This document shows, piece by piece, positions 40,918 to 50,171 of a DNA stretch of 64,000 nucleotides. Origin of the DNA: Steroidobacteraceae bacterium. GTDB lineage: Bacteria > Pseudomonadota > Gammaproteobacteria > Steroidobacterales > Steroidobacteraceae. Numbering within the stretch: position 1 is the first letter of the stretch; each line of letters opens with the position of its first letter. The stretch lies in assembly GCA_035566915.1 (NCBI GenBank), contig DATMPW010000073.1:20440-84439 (forward strand), given 5' to 3'. Position numbers and translations under genes: made by a program. Under the pieces are notes generated by a model that made no database searches, had not been told where the DNA came from, and saw nothing but the letters and a program-made list of their open reading frames with translations.

Positions 40918-41772
40918 ATGTCAGCCAAGCCGAAACTGGTTGCGGCCGCCACCACCGGGGTTGCCCTGGCGGCGCTCGGCTGTGTTCTGTTGGTATCGGC
41001 GTGCGCCTCAGGCAGCTCCCGCCAGAGCACGGCCGACGCGCTCACCGTCATCCTCGCAGGAGACCAGCGCCCGCCCGAGGAGCGCTCGCGCGACATCTAC
41101 CGCCATCCCAAGGAAACGCTGCTGTTCTTTGGCATCCGGCCGGAGATGAAGGTGCTCGAGGTGTGGCCGGAGCCAGGCTGGTACACCGCGGTGATCGCAC
41201 CGCTGCTGCGCGAGAAGGGCAGCTACTACGCCGGCGTCATTGCCGAGGACCCTTCCAGCAAGTACATCACGCACCGCCTGGAAGAATATCGAAGCCGGCT
41301 CGCCACTCGGCCGGACCTGTACGACCGGGTCACTGTCGTCACCTTCCCGAATGATGGCGGCGATGCAGTGCCGCCCGGCTCGGTCGACATGGTCGTGACC
41401 TTCCGCAACATCCACAACTGGATGGCGCGCGACCAGGCGGCACAGGCGTTCGCCGCCATGTACCGTGTGCTCAAGCCCGGGGGGGTGCTCGGGGTCGTGG
41501 AGCACCGCGGTAACGCGGCGGTGCCGCAGGACCCGAAGGCCAAGAGTGGCTACGTGAACGAGGACTACGCCATCAAGCTGATCGAGGAGCAGGGCTTTCG
41601 CCTGGTGGCGAAGTCCGAGGTGAACGACAACCCGAAAGACACCAAGGACTACGAGGGCGGGGTGTGGACGCTGCCACCGACCTATCGTCTGGGGGCGAAG
41701 GACCACGACAAGTACGCCGCCATCGGCGAGAGCGACCGTTTCACACTGCGCTTCGTGAAGCCGAGCCGCTAG
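40918..41772 (+). CDS. class I SAM-dependent methyltransferase-fold lipoprotein
   Basis: ATG at 40918. The signal/lipobox is LLVSAC. The Rossmann motif-I-like block is KVLEVWPEPGWYT, followed by VLKPGGVLGVVEH. Confidence 0.75.
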   Translation: MSAKPKLVAAATTGVALAALGCVLLVSACASGSSRQSTADALTVILAGDQRPPEERSRDIYRHPKETLLFFGIRPEMKVLEVWPEPGWYTAVIAPLLREKGSYYAGVIAEDPSSKYITHRLEEYRSRLATRPDLYDRVTVVTFPNDGGDAVPPGSVDMVVTFRNIHNWMARDQAAQAFAAMYRVLKPGGVLGVVEHRGNAAVPQDPKAKSGYVNEDYAIKLIEEQGFRLVAKSEVNDNPKDTKDYEGGVWTLPPTYRLGAKDHDKYAAIGESDRFTLRFVKPSR

Positions 41773-41900
41773 GGCACCCCACGAAATTCCGCTCGCCTCT
41801 CCTGACAGCACCCGCCTGTCATCAAGATGCGGAATTTCGCGGGGACCCCGCTAGGCGCTAGGCGCCAGTCTCGGCCGGCACGCGCCGCGCGGTCCGCACC

Positions 41901-43997
41901 TCACCACATTTCCCGCAGCCGCGCACCGACATCCAGTGTCACCGTGGAGCTGCTGTCCTGCAGCGCATCGCCTGCGCCGGGCGCCGAGCCGTGGAAGGTG
42001 AGCGGCTCGAGCGTCTTCAGCACACGCTCGGTCATGAAACGGCTGCGGCCGCCGTAGACGTGCGCATCGCCCTGGCGTGACTGGTGGGTGAGGTGAAACT
42101 TCAACGGCACCATCACCGCGAGCTCGTTCTGCGCGCGCGTCAGCGCGACGTATAACAACCGTCGCTCTTCCTCGATCAGCTCGGGCTTGCCGGTGGAGAA
42201 TTCGGACGGGAAGCTGCCATCGACCACATTGAGCACGTACACGCTGTCCCACTCCATGCCCTTGGCGGAGTGAATGGTCGAGAGCACCAGATAGTCCTCA
42301 TCGAGCGTCGGCCGGCCCGACAGGTCGCTGGTGGCGTGCGGTGGGTCGAGCGTGAGCTCGGTGACGAAGCGCTCGCGCGAGGGATACTGGCCCGCGAGCA
42401 GCTCGAGTTGCTCGAGATCGCCCTGGCGCGTGTGATGGTGCTCGTAGAGACGCTCGAAATAGCGCTGGTACCACTCGCGCACCATGTGCAGCTGCCCCAC
42501 CCATGGCCGCTGCGGGTCCGCGAGCGACTGCATCAGCTCGATCAGCCGCCGCCAGTCGATCTCCGGCGTCTGCTGCGGTGGAGTGAAGCTCATCAGCCTC
42601 TCGAAAGAGTGTACGCCGCGCTCGAGATGCTCGATCGCCCCGCGCGCATGCACCGGCCCGATGCCGGGCAGCAGCTGCAGCGTGCGGAAGGCGGCGAGGA
42701 CATTGCGGGGGTTGTCGGCCCAGCGCAGCACGCCGAGCAGATCCTTGATGTGTGCGGCCTCGAGGAATTTCAGGCCACCGTATTTCACGAACGGCACCTT
42801 GCGCTTGGTGAGCTCCACCTCGAGGATGTCGCTGTGGCTTGCGCTGCGGAACAGCACTGCCTGGCGCTTGAGCGGGACGCTCGCTTCGCGCTTCTTCAAC
42901 ACCTCGGTGCAGATGAACTCCGCCTGCGTCTGCAGGTCGTCCACGGTCACCACGCGTGCGCGTGCACCTTCACCGCGGATCGACAGCAGATACTTGCGGT
43001 GCTGGCGCGGTGCCTCGGCCAGCACCGCATTGGCGACATCGAGCACCTGCTGGGTCGAGCGGTAGTTCTGCGCCAGCGTGACCACCTCGGCCGGTGGCTG
43101 GAAGTGCTCGGGGAACCCGAGGATGTTCTCGACCGCTGCCGCACGGAAGGAATAGATCGCCTGGGCATCGTCGCCCACCACCGTGAGACCTGCCCCATCG
43201 GGCTTCATGGCGTAGATGATCTCGGCCTGCAGGCGATTGGTATCCTGGAATTCATCGACCAGCACATGGTCGAAGTGCGCGCCGATGTGCTGCGCCAGGC
43301 GCGGCTCGGCCATCATGCCGTGCCAGTAGAGCAGCAGGTCGTCGTAGTCGAGGAGACTCGCGTGCTGCTTCTGCTCGACGTAGGCGCGGTACAGCCGGCT
43401 GAGCTCCGGCTCCCACTGCGCGCACCAGGGGTAGTGCTGCTCGAGAACTTCCGCGAGTGCGACGCGCGTGTTGACGCGGTTGGAGTAGATCGCAAGGCAC
43501 GTGTCCTTGCGCGGGAAACGCTGCTCGCGGTCCGCGAGCCCGAGTTCCTCGCGCAGGCTGTCCATGAGATCGGCGGCGTCGGAGCGGTCGATGACGCTGA
43601 AATGGGGATCGAGCTGCAGATGCGCGGCATAGTGCCGCAGCAGGCGGTTGCCGATCGAATGGAAGGTGCCCGCCCAGCTCAGGCGCTGCGCGACGCTCTG
43701 CGTCACGCCGCCGAGCGTGTCGTTGAGCGCCTTGCGGGTGATCTCGTGGGCGCGGCGGCGCATCTCGAGCGCGGCACGGCGCGTGAACGTCAGCATGAGG
43801 ATGCGCGCGGGGTCGACGCCGTTGATGACCAGGTGCGCCACGCGATGCGCGAGCGTGTCGGTCTTGCCGGTTCCGGCGCCGGCGACGATCAACAGCGGTC
43901 CGGCGCGGTACCCTTTCTCGGGTAGCGCCTCGCCATGAGTCACAGCCTTGCGCTGGGCGCCGTTGAGCCGGTCGAGTTGCGACGTCGTCGTGGCCAT
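41901..43997 (-). CDS. UvrD/Rep/PcrA-family ATP-dependent DNA helicase
   Basis: ATG at 43997. The motifs are LNGAQRKAV...LLIVAGAGTGKTDTL (Ia/Walker A), VLVDEFQDTN (motif II), NYRST and TIHSAKGMEWDSVYV...LLYVALTRA (V/VI). Confidence 0.85.
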   Translation of the reverse strand: MATTTSQLDRLNGAQRKAVTHGEALPEKGYRAGPLLIVAGAGTGKTDTLAHRVAHLVINGVDPARILMLTFTRRAALEMRRRAHEITRKALNDTLGGVTQSVAQRLSWAGTFHSIGNRLLRHYAAHLQLDPHFSVIDRSDAADLMDSLREELGLADREQRFPRKDTCLAIYSNRVNTRVALAEVLEQHYPWCAQWEPELSRLYRAYVEQKQHASLLDYDDLLLYWHGMMAEPRLAQHIGAHFDHVLVDEFQDTNRLQAEIIYAMKPDGAGLTVVGDDAQAIYSFRAAAVENILGFPEHFQPPAEVVTLAQNYRSTQQVLDVANAVLAEAPRQHRKYLLSIRGEGARARVVTVDDLQTQAEFICTEVLKKREASVPLKRQAVLFRSASHSDILEVELTKRKVPFVKYGGLKFLEAAHIKDLLGVLRWADNPRNVLAAFRTLQLLPGIGPVHARGAIEHLERGVHSFERLMSFTPPQQTPEIDWRRLIELMQSLADPQRPWVGQLHMVREWYQRYFERLYEHHHTRQGDLEQLELLAGQYPSRERFVTELTLDPPHATSDLSGRPTLDEDYLVLSTIHSAKGMEWDSVYVLNVVDGSFPSEFSTGKPELIEEERRLLYVALTRAQNELAVMVPLKFHLTHQSRQGDAHVYGGRSRFMTERVLKTLEPLTFHGSAPGAGDALQDSSSTVTLDVGARLREMW

Positions 43998-44055
43998 GGG
44001 CGTACAGGTACCAACTATACCCTTTCGTACACGAGCGCGGTCCGAGGACGCTACG

Positions 44056-44616
44056 ATGCACGTCATGAAACCTGACAAACAGACCCTGCACTTTGCCGGG
44101 CGCGTCATCCGGGTGACGACCGATGAAGTGGTGCTGCCGAACGGCCACCGCACGGTGTTGGAGGTCGTGCATCACCCGGGCGGCGCCGCGGCCGTCGCTC
44201 TGGATGAGGCGGGGCATGTGTGCCTGTTGCGCCAGTACCGCTACGTGGCCGGAGGGTGGCTGTGGGAGCTGCCGGCAGGCAAGCTCGAACCCGGTGAGCC
44301 TGCGCTCGCCACCGCGCAGCGTGAGCTGATCGAAGAGGCCGGAGTCTCCGCCGAACGCTGGGAGAGCCTCGGCACCTGTCTGAGCTCACCTGGGGTATTC
44401 ACCGAGCGGCTCCACCTGTTCCTCGCGAGCGGCATCAGGCCGGCGCGTGCGGCGCAGGAGCATGCCGAGGTCATCGAGGTTCACTGGGTGCCTTTCCGTG
44501 AGGCCTGCCGTTGGGCGATCGATGGCACCATCGCCGACTGCAAGACCGCGCTCGGCCTGCTGCGCGCGCGCGCGCGCCTTCGGACGAACGGCGGGCCGGA
44601 AGGCGCTGTTTCGTGA
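44056..44616 (+). CDS. NUDIX hydrolase (ADP-ribose pyrophosphatase-like)
   Basis: ATG at 44056. The Nudix box is GKLEPGEPALATAQRELIEEAG, in the ADPRase-like context LRQYRY...WELPAG. Confidence 0.85.
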   Translation: MHVMKPDKQTLHFAGRVIRVTTDEVVLPNGHRTVLEVVHHPGGAAAVALDEAGHVCLLRQYRYVAGGWLWELPAGKLEPGEPALATAQRELIEEAGVSAERWESLGTCLSSPGVFTERLHLFLASGIRPARAAQEHAEVIEVHWVPFREACRWAIDGTIADCKTALGLLRARARLRTNGGPEGAVS

Positions 44617-44700
44617 CCTGCCTCGCGGAATCGCGACTGTGCACGTCGGTACCCTGCGACGAGGGGAATCTGGCCCTGCAGTGGGGTGCATACATAATCT

Positions 44701-45036
44701 GTGAACGAGAATCCGAAAAGATTCAGGCGAGAGCAGGCACAGCCGCCGGACGAGCGGCGCCGCATCGGTACGGTCGTGCACGATGACCGGGGCAACGCCT
44801 CGGTCGAGTGGCGCGCCGCGCCCACCGACCATGAGCGCCCGGTGCTCGAGGTGCTGGGCGAGGACGGGCTGACCTTGAAGACCGAGGAGCTCTCCTACGA
44901 TCCGTACGCGCGCAACCGGCCGTTCCGAACCGGCGTCGGCCGACGCACGGATCTGCGCAAGCTCTCCGAATGGATCAAGAAGATGCGTGAGCTCGAGGGG
45001 CGGCAGCGCTCGGGCGGTGACCCGGAAGCGGAATGA
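44701..45036 (+). CDS. hypothetical protein (111 aa, charged)
   Basis: The ORF starts at GTG and has strong GC3 codon bias after the first ~12 codons. I recognise no family. Confidence 0.55.
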   Translation: MNENPKRFRREQAQPPDERRRIGTVVHDDRGNASVEWRAAPTDHERPVLEVLGEDGLTLKTEELSYDPYARNRPFRTGVGRRTDLRKLSEWIKKMRELEGRQRSGGDPEAE

Positions 45037-45051
45037 GTCCGTCCCGGGGAC

Positions 45052-45729
45052 TCAGCCGATACCCTCGATGAGCGCACGCTTGCGCGCGTGCGTCAGGCGA
45101 TAGAAACGGCGCAGCTCGGCGAGCACCGCGCCTTCGGCCGCGGCGCCGCGGAGCGAAGCCCGGCTGCGCGAGAGCAGCCGCTCGAGACGGGCGCAGAACT
45201 TGTCCGCATAGCGACTGGCCTCGCGATACAGATCCGCCCGTCCCGCCGCCGCTGCACGCGGATCGACCCGCGTGCGCTCGAACAATATGCGCCGCAGCTC
45301 AGCCGGAAAGTGCTGCGGAAGCTGCCGCCGCAGCAGCCAGTAGCTCGCCACGTACTTGTCGACCTCCGCCTGCATCTCCAGCTCGAGCAGTGACACCGGT
45401 TTGTCGTGACCGGCGTTCCAGGCGAGATACAGAAAATGACTCACGCCCTCGAGCGCAGTGCACCAGTCGGCGACGTTGCCGGCGTGCAGCCGCACCAGAG
45501 GATCCTCGCGCGTCAGCCGCTTGAGCAGCGCCGGATCGAGGTACAACGACAGCGCGACCTCATCACCGCCATCCACAGGCTCGGCGACGATCAGCTCCTC
45601 CTCGGCGGTGCCTGCGCGCGCGCCCGGGGGCAGCCGCCGCCGGTCGGTGACGAGGAAGTCGTACACGTCGTGAGCGACGCTCACGTCGTAAATGCTGCCG
45701 ATGAGATTCTGCAGCCGCGACAGCAGCAT
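45052..45729 (-). CDS. hypothetical protein (225 aa)
   Basis: The ORF has strong GC3 bias and starts 4 nt after the stop of the upstream unknown gene. I recognise no motif. Confidence 0.65.
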   Translation of the reverse strand: MLLSRLQNLIGSIYDVSVAHDVYDFLVTDRRRLPPGARAGTAEEELIVAEPVDGGDEVALSLYLDPALLKRLTREDPLVRLHAGNVADWCTALEGVSHFLYLAWNAGHDKPVSLLELEMQAEVDKYVASYWLLRRQLPQHFPAELRRILFERTRVDPRAAAAGRADLYREASRYADKFCARLERLLSRSRASLRGAAAEGAVLAELRRFYRLTHARKRALIEGIG

Positions 45730-45733
45730 GCGA

Positions 45734-46360
45734 TCAGTGTGTAAACGCCGTCCCGCCGGCGGTAATCGGGTCGACGCCGCAGCGCTTGAGCTGCGTGTAG
45801 CAGCGGGCGCTGCCGGTCTTCAGCCAGATCTCGTACAAGCGCAGGATGTCGCGATCGGACTGCGCACCGGAGCTCTCGCTCACCTCGTTGAGCGCATCGA
45901 CCATCGGCTGGAACTTCGCCGAGAGCTCGGCGAACACCGCGGCCAGCACGTGCCCGCGGCCGCGCGAGGCGGACTGCGCGAGTGCCTCATAGGCGCGCCC
46001 GCCCATGGCGATGTGATAATCAATGTCGATGAGCTTCGTGGCGAAGCTCTGTGCGAAGAAGCCGGCGATGAACAGCGACACATCGCCGAGCCGCTGCAGG
46101 TAGCGGTGTCGCTCGGCGGTGCCCGGCGCCGCCTCGAGCGCCTCGCACAGCATGGCCACCAGTGGCTTCAGCCGCAGCCCATCGGGCGTGCTTTCGTACA
46201 GCGCCTCCGAGCGCGCGAACAGAGTCAGGAGATTCACGACGTAATGCTCGGTCTGGTCTTCGACCGACAGGTGTTGCCTCAGCAGCGCGCCGTGCAGTGT
46301 GTCGCGAAAGAACTCGCGCAGATTCGCCACCGGCAGAACACGCTTTTCAGCATCGCTCAT
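45734..46360 (-). CDS. hypothetical protein (208 aa, predicted all-helical)
   Basis: The ATG is preceded by GGAGGAGG and the ORF has strong GC3 bias. I recognise no motif. Confidence 0.7.
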   Translation of the reverse strand: MSDAEKRVLPVANLREFFRDTLHGALLRQHLSVEDQTEHYVVNLLTLFARSEALYESTPDGLRLKPLVAMLCEALEAAPGTAERHRYLQRLGDVSLFIAGFFAQSFATKLIDIDYHIAMGGRAYEALAQSASRGRGHVLAAVFAELSAKFQPMVDALNEVSESSGAQSDRDILRLYEIWLKTGSARCYTQLKRCGVDPITAGGTAFTH

Positions 46361-46608
46361 CGTCGCTCGCCTCCTCCCCCTTAACTTATATGGAGCAGCA
46401 CCAACACTGGAAGGTGGCCTTGGTCACTTTCCCTGCAACCTTTACGGATTTCCGTGACCGACTGCGCCGAATGAGCGCGCCAGCGCTGGCAGCCTCGGGG
46501 CACGAGTGCTGACAGCAGTGTCAGGGATGGGTGCTGGAGTCGTAATTGCACACTGCGTCACGCCGCGGGCCCCCGGCTGCGGGGGTGTGCCCGGCCTGAA
46601 CGCAGCCA

Positions 46609-47292
46609 TCAGGCCCGCAGCGCTGCCGCGAGCTGTGCGCAGTCGTTCACCGTCAGATCCGCCGTCGGCAGTTCCTGCGGCCAGGCGAGCGCGCGGCGGT
46701 TCATCCATACGGTGCGCAGCCCGGCTGCGCGTGCGGCCTCGATATCGAGGCGCGGGTCATCGCCCACGTAGGCGAGCGCGCCGGCCGGCAGCAGCAGCTC
46801 CTGCGCCAGCCGCTCGAAGCAGCGGCGTTGGGGCTTGGCGGCGCCGATCTGGCGGGCATTGAGCGACACGCTGAAAGTATGTTCGAGCCCGATGCGTGCC
46901 AGATCGGCGTTGCCGTTGCTGAGTGAGGCGAGCACATAACGCCGGCGCAGCCGCGCGAGCGCCGGAGCGACGTCCGCAAAGATCTCCACCTCGTTGCGCG
47001 CCGCCAGGAATACCTCGAAGGCCTCAAGGGCGAGCCGCTCGTCGTAGCCGTGCTCGCGTGCATGTGCGGCGAGCGTGGTGACGCGCAGGTAGCTGACATC
47101 GTGCGCGTTCTGTGGCTCGCTGCGGGCAAGCTGCTCGCGCGCCGCGCGCATCTGCTCGCGTGACAACCTGATACGGGGGCAGTGCTCCTGCAGCCAGGCG
47201 GCGAGGCTCTGCTCGGCGCGCTCCAGCACCGGTTCGACGTCCCAGAGTGTATTATCGAGATCGAAGGCGATGGCGCGCACGTCGCTCAGCAT
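46609..47292 (-). CDS. HAD-superfamily hydrolase
   Basis: ATG at 47292. Motif I is AIAFDLDNTLWD, motif II is LASLSNG, and motifs III/IV are KP...YVGDDPRLDIEAARAAG. Confidence 0.8.
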   Translation of the reverse strand: MLSDVRAIAFDLDNTLWDVEPVLERAEQSLAAWLQEHCPRIRLSREQMRAAREQLARSEPQNAHDVSYLRVTTLAAHAREHGYDERLALEAFEVFLAARNEVEIFADVAPALARLRRRYVLASLSNGNADLARIGLEHTFSVSLNARQIGAAKPQRRCFERLAQELLLPAGALAYVGDDPRLDIEAARAAGLRTVWMNRRALAWPQELPTADLTVNDCAQLAAALRA

Positions 47293-47313
47293 CGGAGGCA
47301 AGGTTACCACCTC

Positions 47314-47964
47314 ATGGCGCCGCTCACCCTGGTCATCGGTAACAAGAACTACTCCTCGTGGTCGCTGCGGGCGTGGCTGTTCATGAAGCACGCCGGCGTG
47401 GAGTTTCAGGAGATTCTCGTTACGCTCGATAGCTCGGGTACGCGCGAGCAGCTCGATCGCTACGGCCCGAGTGGGCGCGTGCCGGTGCTGCGACATGGCA
47501 AGCTGTGCGTGTGGGACTCGCTCGCAGTCTGCGAGTATATCGCGGAAGTGAGCGACAAAGGCTGGCCGAAGGCGCGCGAGGCACGCGCAGTGGCTCGCTC
47601 GGTCAGCGCCGAGATGCACTCCGGCTTCACCACGCTGCGTTCGCTGTGGCCGATGAACGCCCGTGCACGTAACCGCCGCACGGCAGTCACCGCGGCACTC
47701 GAGGCCGACGTCGAGCGCATCGATCAGATCTGGAACGACTGTCGGGTCCGCTTCGGCGGAGACGGTCCGTGGCTGTTCGGTGAATACAGTGTTGCCGATG
47801 CCATGTATGCCCCGGTGGTGCTGCGTTTCAACACCTACGGCGCACACATCTCGCAGACCGCACGCTGGTACATGGCGAGCGTGCTCGAGGACGCCGCGCT
47901 GCAGGAGTGGCTCGCGGCCGCGAAGCAGGAGCCGTGGACGATCGCCGCCGACGAAGTCGGCTGA
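47314..47964 (+). CDS. glutathione S-transferase family protein
   Basis: GGAGG lies upstream of the ATG at 47314. The N-domain is NYSSWSLRAWLFMKHAGVEF...GRVPVLRHGKLCVWDSLAVCEYI. Confidence 0.85.
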   Translation: MAPLTLVIGNKNYSSWSLRAWLFMKHAGVEFQEILVTLDSSGTREQLDRYGPSGRVPVLRHGKLCVWDSLAVCEYIAEVSDKGWPKAREARAVARSVSAEMHSGFTTLRSLWPMNARARNRRTAVTAALEADVERIDQIWNDCRVRFGGDGPWLFGEYSVADAMYAPVVLRFNTYGAHISQTARWYMASVLEDAALQEWLAAAKQEPWTIAADEVG

Positions 47965-47984
47965 ATCGCCCGAACGTCAAGACC

Positions 47985-50087
47985 ATGCATCGCCCCAACC
48001 CCGCGTGGGCCTCGCTCACCGTGTGCCTGTGCGTACTTGCGGTCGCGCAGTTGCGCTGCGCGCACGCCGGCGAGGCGGGCGCGCCTTTCACGGTCGAGGA
48101 CCTGGTGATGCTCAAGCGCATCAGCGACCCTCAGGTATCGCCCGATGGACGCTATCTGGTGTTCGTGCAGCGCGAGACCGACCTCGCCGCCAACAAGGGA
48201 GGCACCAGCCTGTGGCTGATGGCGCTCGCAGCCGGCGCCCATCCGCTGCAGCTGACCGATACGGGCGGCGGGGACTTAAGTCCGCGCTGGGCCTCCGACG
48301 GTCGCACGCTCTACTTCCTCTCGACGCGCTCTGGCAGCCAACAGGTGTGGCGCGTAGTGCTCACCGGGGCCGAGGTACGGCGCGTCACCGACTTTCCGCT
48401 CGAAGTCGGCGCGCTCAAGGTCGCACCAGCCGGGCACTCGATCGCAGTCTCGATGGAGGTCTTCCCGGACTGTCCGACGCTCGCCTGCACGCGCGCCCGT
48501 CTCGATGCGCGAACCAGGAACAAGGCGAATGGCCGGCTGTACGAGCGGCTGTTCGTGCGGCACTGGGACCGCTGGGCGGATGGCACGCGCTCGCACCTCT
48601 TCACCGTGGCGACAGACGCAGCCACACCGACGGCGGCCGCGGTGGACGTGATGCGCGGCTTCGACGCCGACGTACCGGGCAAGCCTTTCGGCGGCGACGA
48701 GGACTTCGCCTTCAGTCCCGATGGCCGCTCGCTGGTGTTTGCGGCGCGCGTCGCCGGGCGCGAGGAGTCCTGGTCCACCAACTTCGACCTCTACCAGGTG
48801 CCGGTGGAGGGGAACGCCGCCCCCGTCAACCTCACCGCCAATAATCCGGCATGGGACGCGCAGCCGACCTTCCTCGCCAACGGCGATCTCACGTGGATTG
48901 CCCAGGAGCGGCCCGGCTTCGAGTCCGACCGCTTCCACATCATGGTGCGCCGTGCGCGTAGCGGCTCGGTGAGTTCCCTCACCGGCGGCTGGGACCGTTC
49001 GGTCGCCCGACTCGGCGCAACGCCGGATGGACGGGCACTGCTCGCGGCGGCGGACGAGCTCGGCCAGCGCGCGCTCTATCGCATCGATCCGAGGACCGGG
49101 ACGCCCACTCGACTCACCTCCAGCGGAGAGGTGGAGGCTTTCAGCGCGAGCGAGGACCGCGTGGTATTCGCGCGCGCCGATCTCGGCGGCCCGGCCGACC
49201 TGTACGTGGTTCCACTGCGCGGCGGAGAGGCGCGGCGACTGACCGATGTGAACCACGACCTGCTCGGCGCGCGCCATCTAAGCGAGTACCAGCAGTTCAG
49301 CTTCCGCGGCTGGAACGACGAGACGGTGCACGGATACGTGATGAAGCCATGGGGCTTCGAGCCGGGCCGGCGCTATCCGATCGCATTCGTGGTGCACGGC
49401 GGCCCCCAGGTCAGCATGCAGAATCTCTGGACCTACCGCTGGAACGCTCAGGCATTCGCCGGCGGCGGCTATGCGGTGGTGATGATCGATTTCCACGGCT
49501 CGCCCGGATACGGGCAGGCCTTCACCGACTCCATCAGCCACGACTGGGGCGGCAAGCCGCTCGTCGACCTGCAGAAGGGTCTGGCGGCGGCGCTCGAGCA
49601 GTTTCCGTGGCTCGATGGAGAGCGCGCCTGCGCGCTCGGCGGTTCCTACGGCGGTTTCATGATGAACTGGATCGAAGGAAACTGGCCGGAGCGTTTTCGC
49701 TGCATCGTCGATCACGATGGCCTGTTCGACCAGCGCATGATGTATTACACGACCGAGGAGCTCTGGTTCCCCGAGTGGGAGTTCGGCGGACCCTACTATC
49801 AGGATTCGCAGGGCTATGAGCGGTTCAACCCGGTCGACTTGGTCTCAAAGTGGCGCACGCCGATTCTCGTGATCCACGGCGAGCAGGATTTCCGCGTCCC
49901 CTACACCCAGGGGCTTGCCGCCTTCACCGCCGCGCAGCGCCGCGGGATCGAAAGCAAGCTGCTGATATTCCCGGAAGAGAATCATTGGGTGCTGAAAGCT
50001 GCCGACAGCATACTGTGGTATCACACTGTGCTGGGGTGGCTCGACACTCACCTGAAAGACTCACCTCACCAGCCGAGCACTCCGTAG
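47985..50087 (+). CDS. S9-family serine peptidase (prolyl oligopeptidase / dipeptidyl-peptidase-like), secreted
   Basis: A signal peptide and a beta-propeller half (SPDGRYLVF, SPDGRSLVF) precede the catalytic GGSYGGFM. A late D and H follow (HGEQDFRVP, ENHWV). Confidence 0.9.
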   Translation: MHRPNPAWASLTVCLCVLAVAQLRCAHAGEAGAPFTVEDLVMLKRISDPQVSPDGRYLVFVQRETDLAANKGGTSLWLMALAAGAHPLQLTDTGGGDLSPRWASDGRTLYFLSTRSGSQQVWRVVLTGAEVRRVTDFPLEVGALKVAPAGHSIAVSMEVFPDCPTLACTRARLDARTRNKANGRLYERLFVRHWDRWADGTRSHLFTVATDAATPTAAAVDVMRGFDADVPGKPFGGDEDFAFSPDGRSLVFAARVAGREESWSTNFDLYQVPVEGNAAPVNLTANNPAWDAQPTFLANGDLTWIAQERPGFESDRFHIMVRRARSGSVSSLTGGWDRSVARLGATPDGRALLAAADELGQRALYRIDPRTGTPTRLTSSGEVEAFSASEDRVVFARADLGGPADLYVVPLRGGEARRLTDVNHDLLGARHLSEYQQFSFRGWNDETVHGYVMKPWGFEPGRRYPIAFVVHGGPQVSMQNLWTYRWNAQAFAGGGYAVVMIDFHGSPGYGQAFTDSISHDWGGKPLVDLQKGLAAALEQFPWLDGERACALGGSYGGFMMNWIEGNWPERFRCIVDHDGLFDQRMMYYTTEELWFPEWEFGGPYYQDSQGYERFNPVDLVSKWRTPILVIHGEQDFRVPYTQGLAAFTAAQRRGIESKLLIFPEENHWVLKAADSILWYHTVLGWLDTHLKDSPHQPSTP

Positions 50088-50150
50088 GTGCGCGAGCGCA
50101 CGGGCTCGACACTCACCTGAAAGACTCACCTCACCAGCCGAGCACTCCGT
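50038..50150. repeat. perfect 48-bp direct repeat (50038-50085 and 50103-50150) flanking a 17-bp spacer containing the palindrome GTGCGC-GA-GCGCAC
   Basis: Read directly from the sequence. Copy 1 comprises the last 16 codons of the S9 peptidase gene and ends 2 nt inside the TAG stop. Copy 2 has TGG at the equivalent position. Confidence 0.95.
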
Positions 50151-50171
50151 GGAGGGTCCCGGCCCACCGGG

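Noticed and set aside
41901-44616. The UvrD-like helicase plus divergent NUDIX hydrolase, considered as a candidate anti-phage defence pair.
   Set aside because: No partner nuclease, ATPase or sensor gene is present, and there are no mobile-element or island hallmarks. Composition is host-like and the two genes are divergently, not co-, transcribed. This is more consistent with housekeeping repair and nucleotide-sanitising genes.
50038-50150. The 48-bp repeat, considered as a possible minimal CRISPR array.
   Set aside because: There are only two copies. The 17-bp spacer is far too short, the repeat is coding sequence of the upstream gene, and no cas genes are present.
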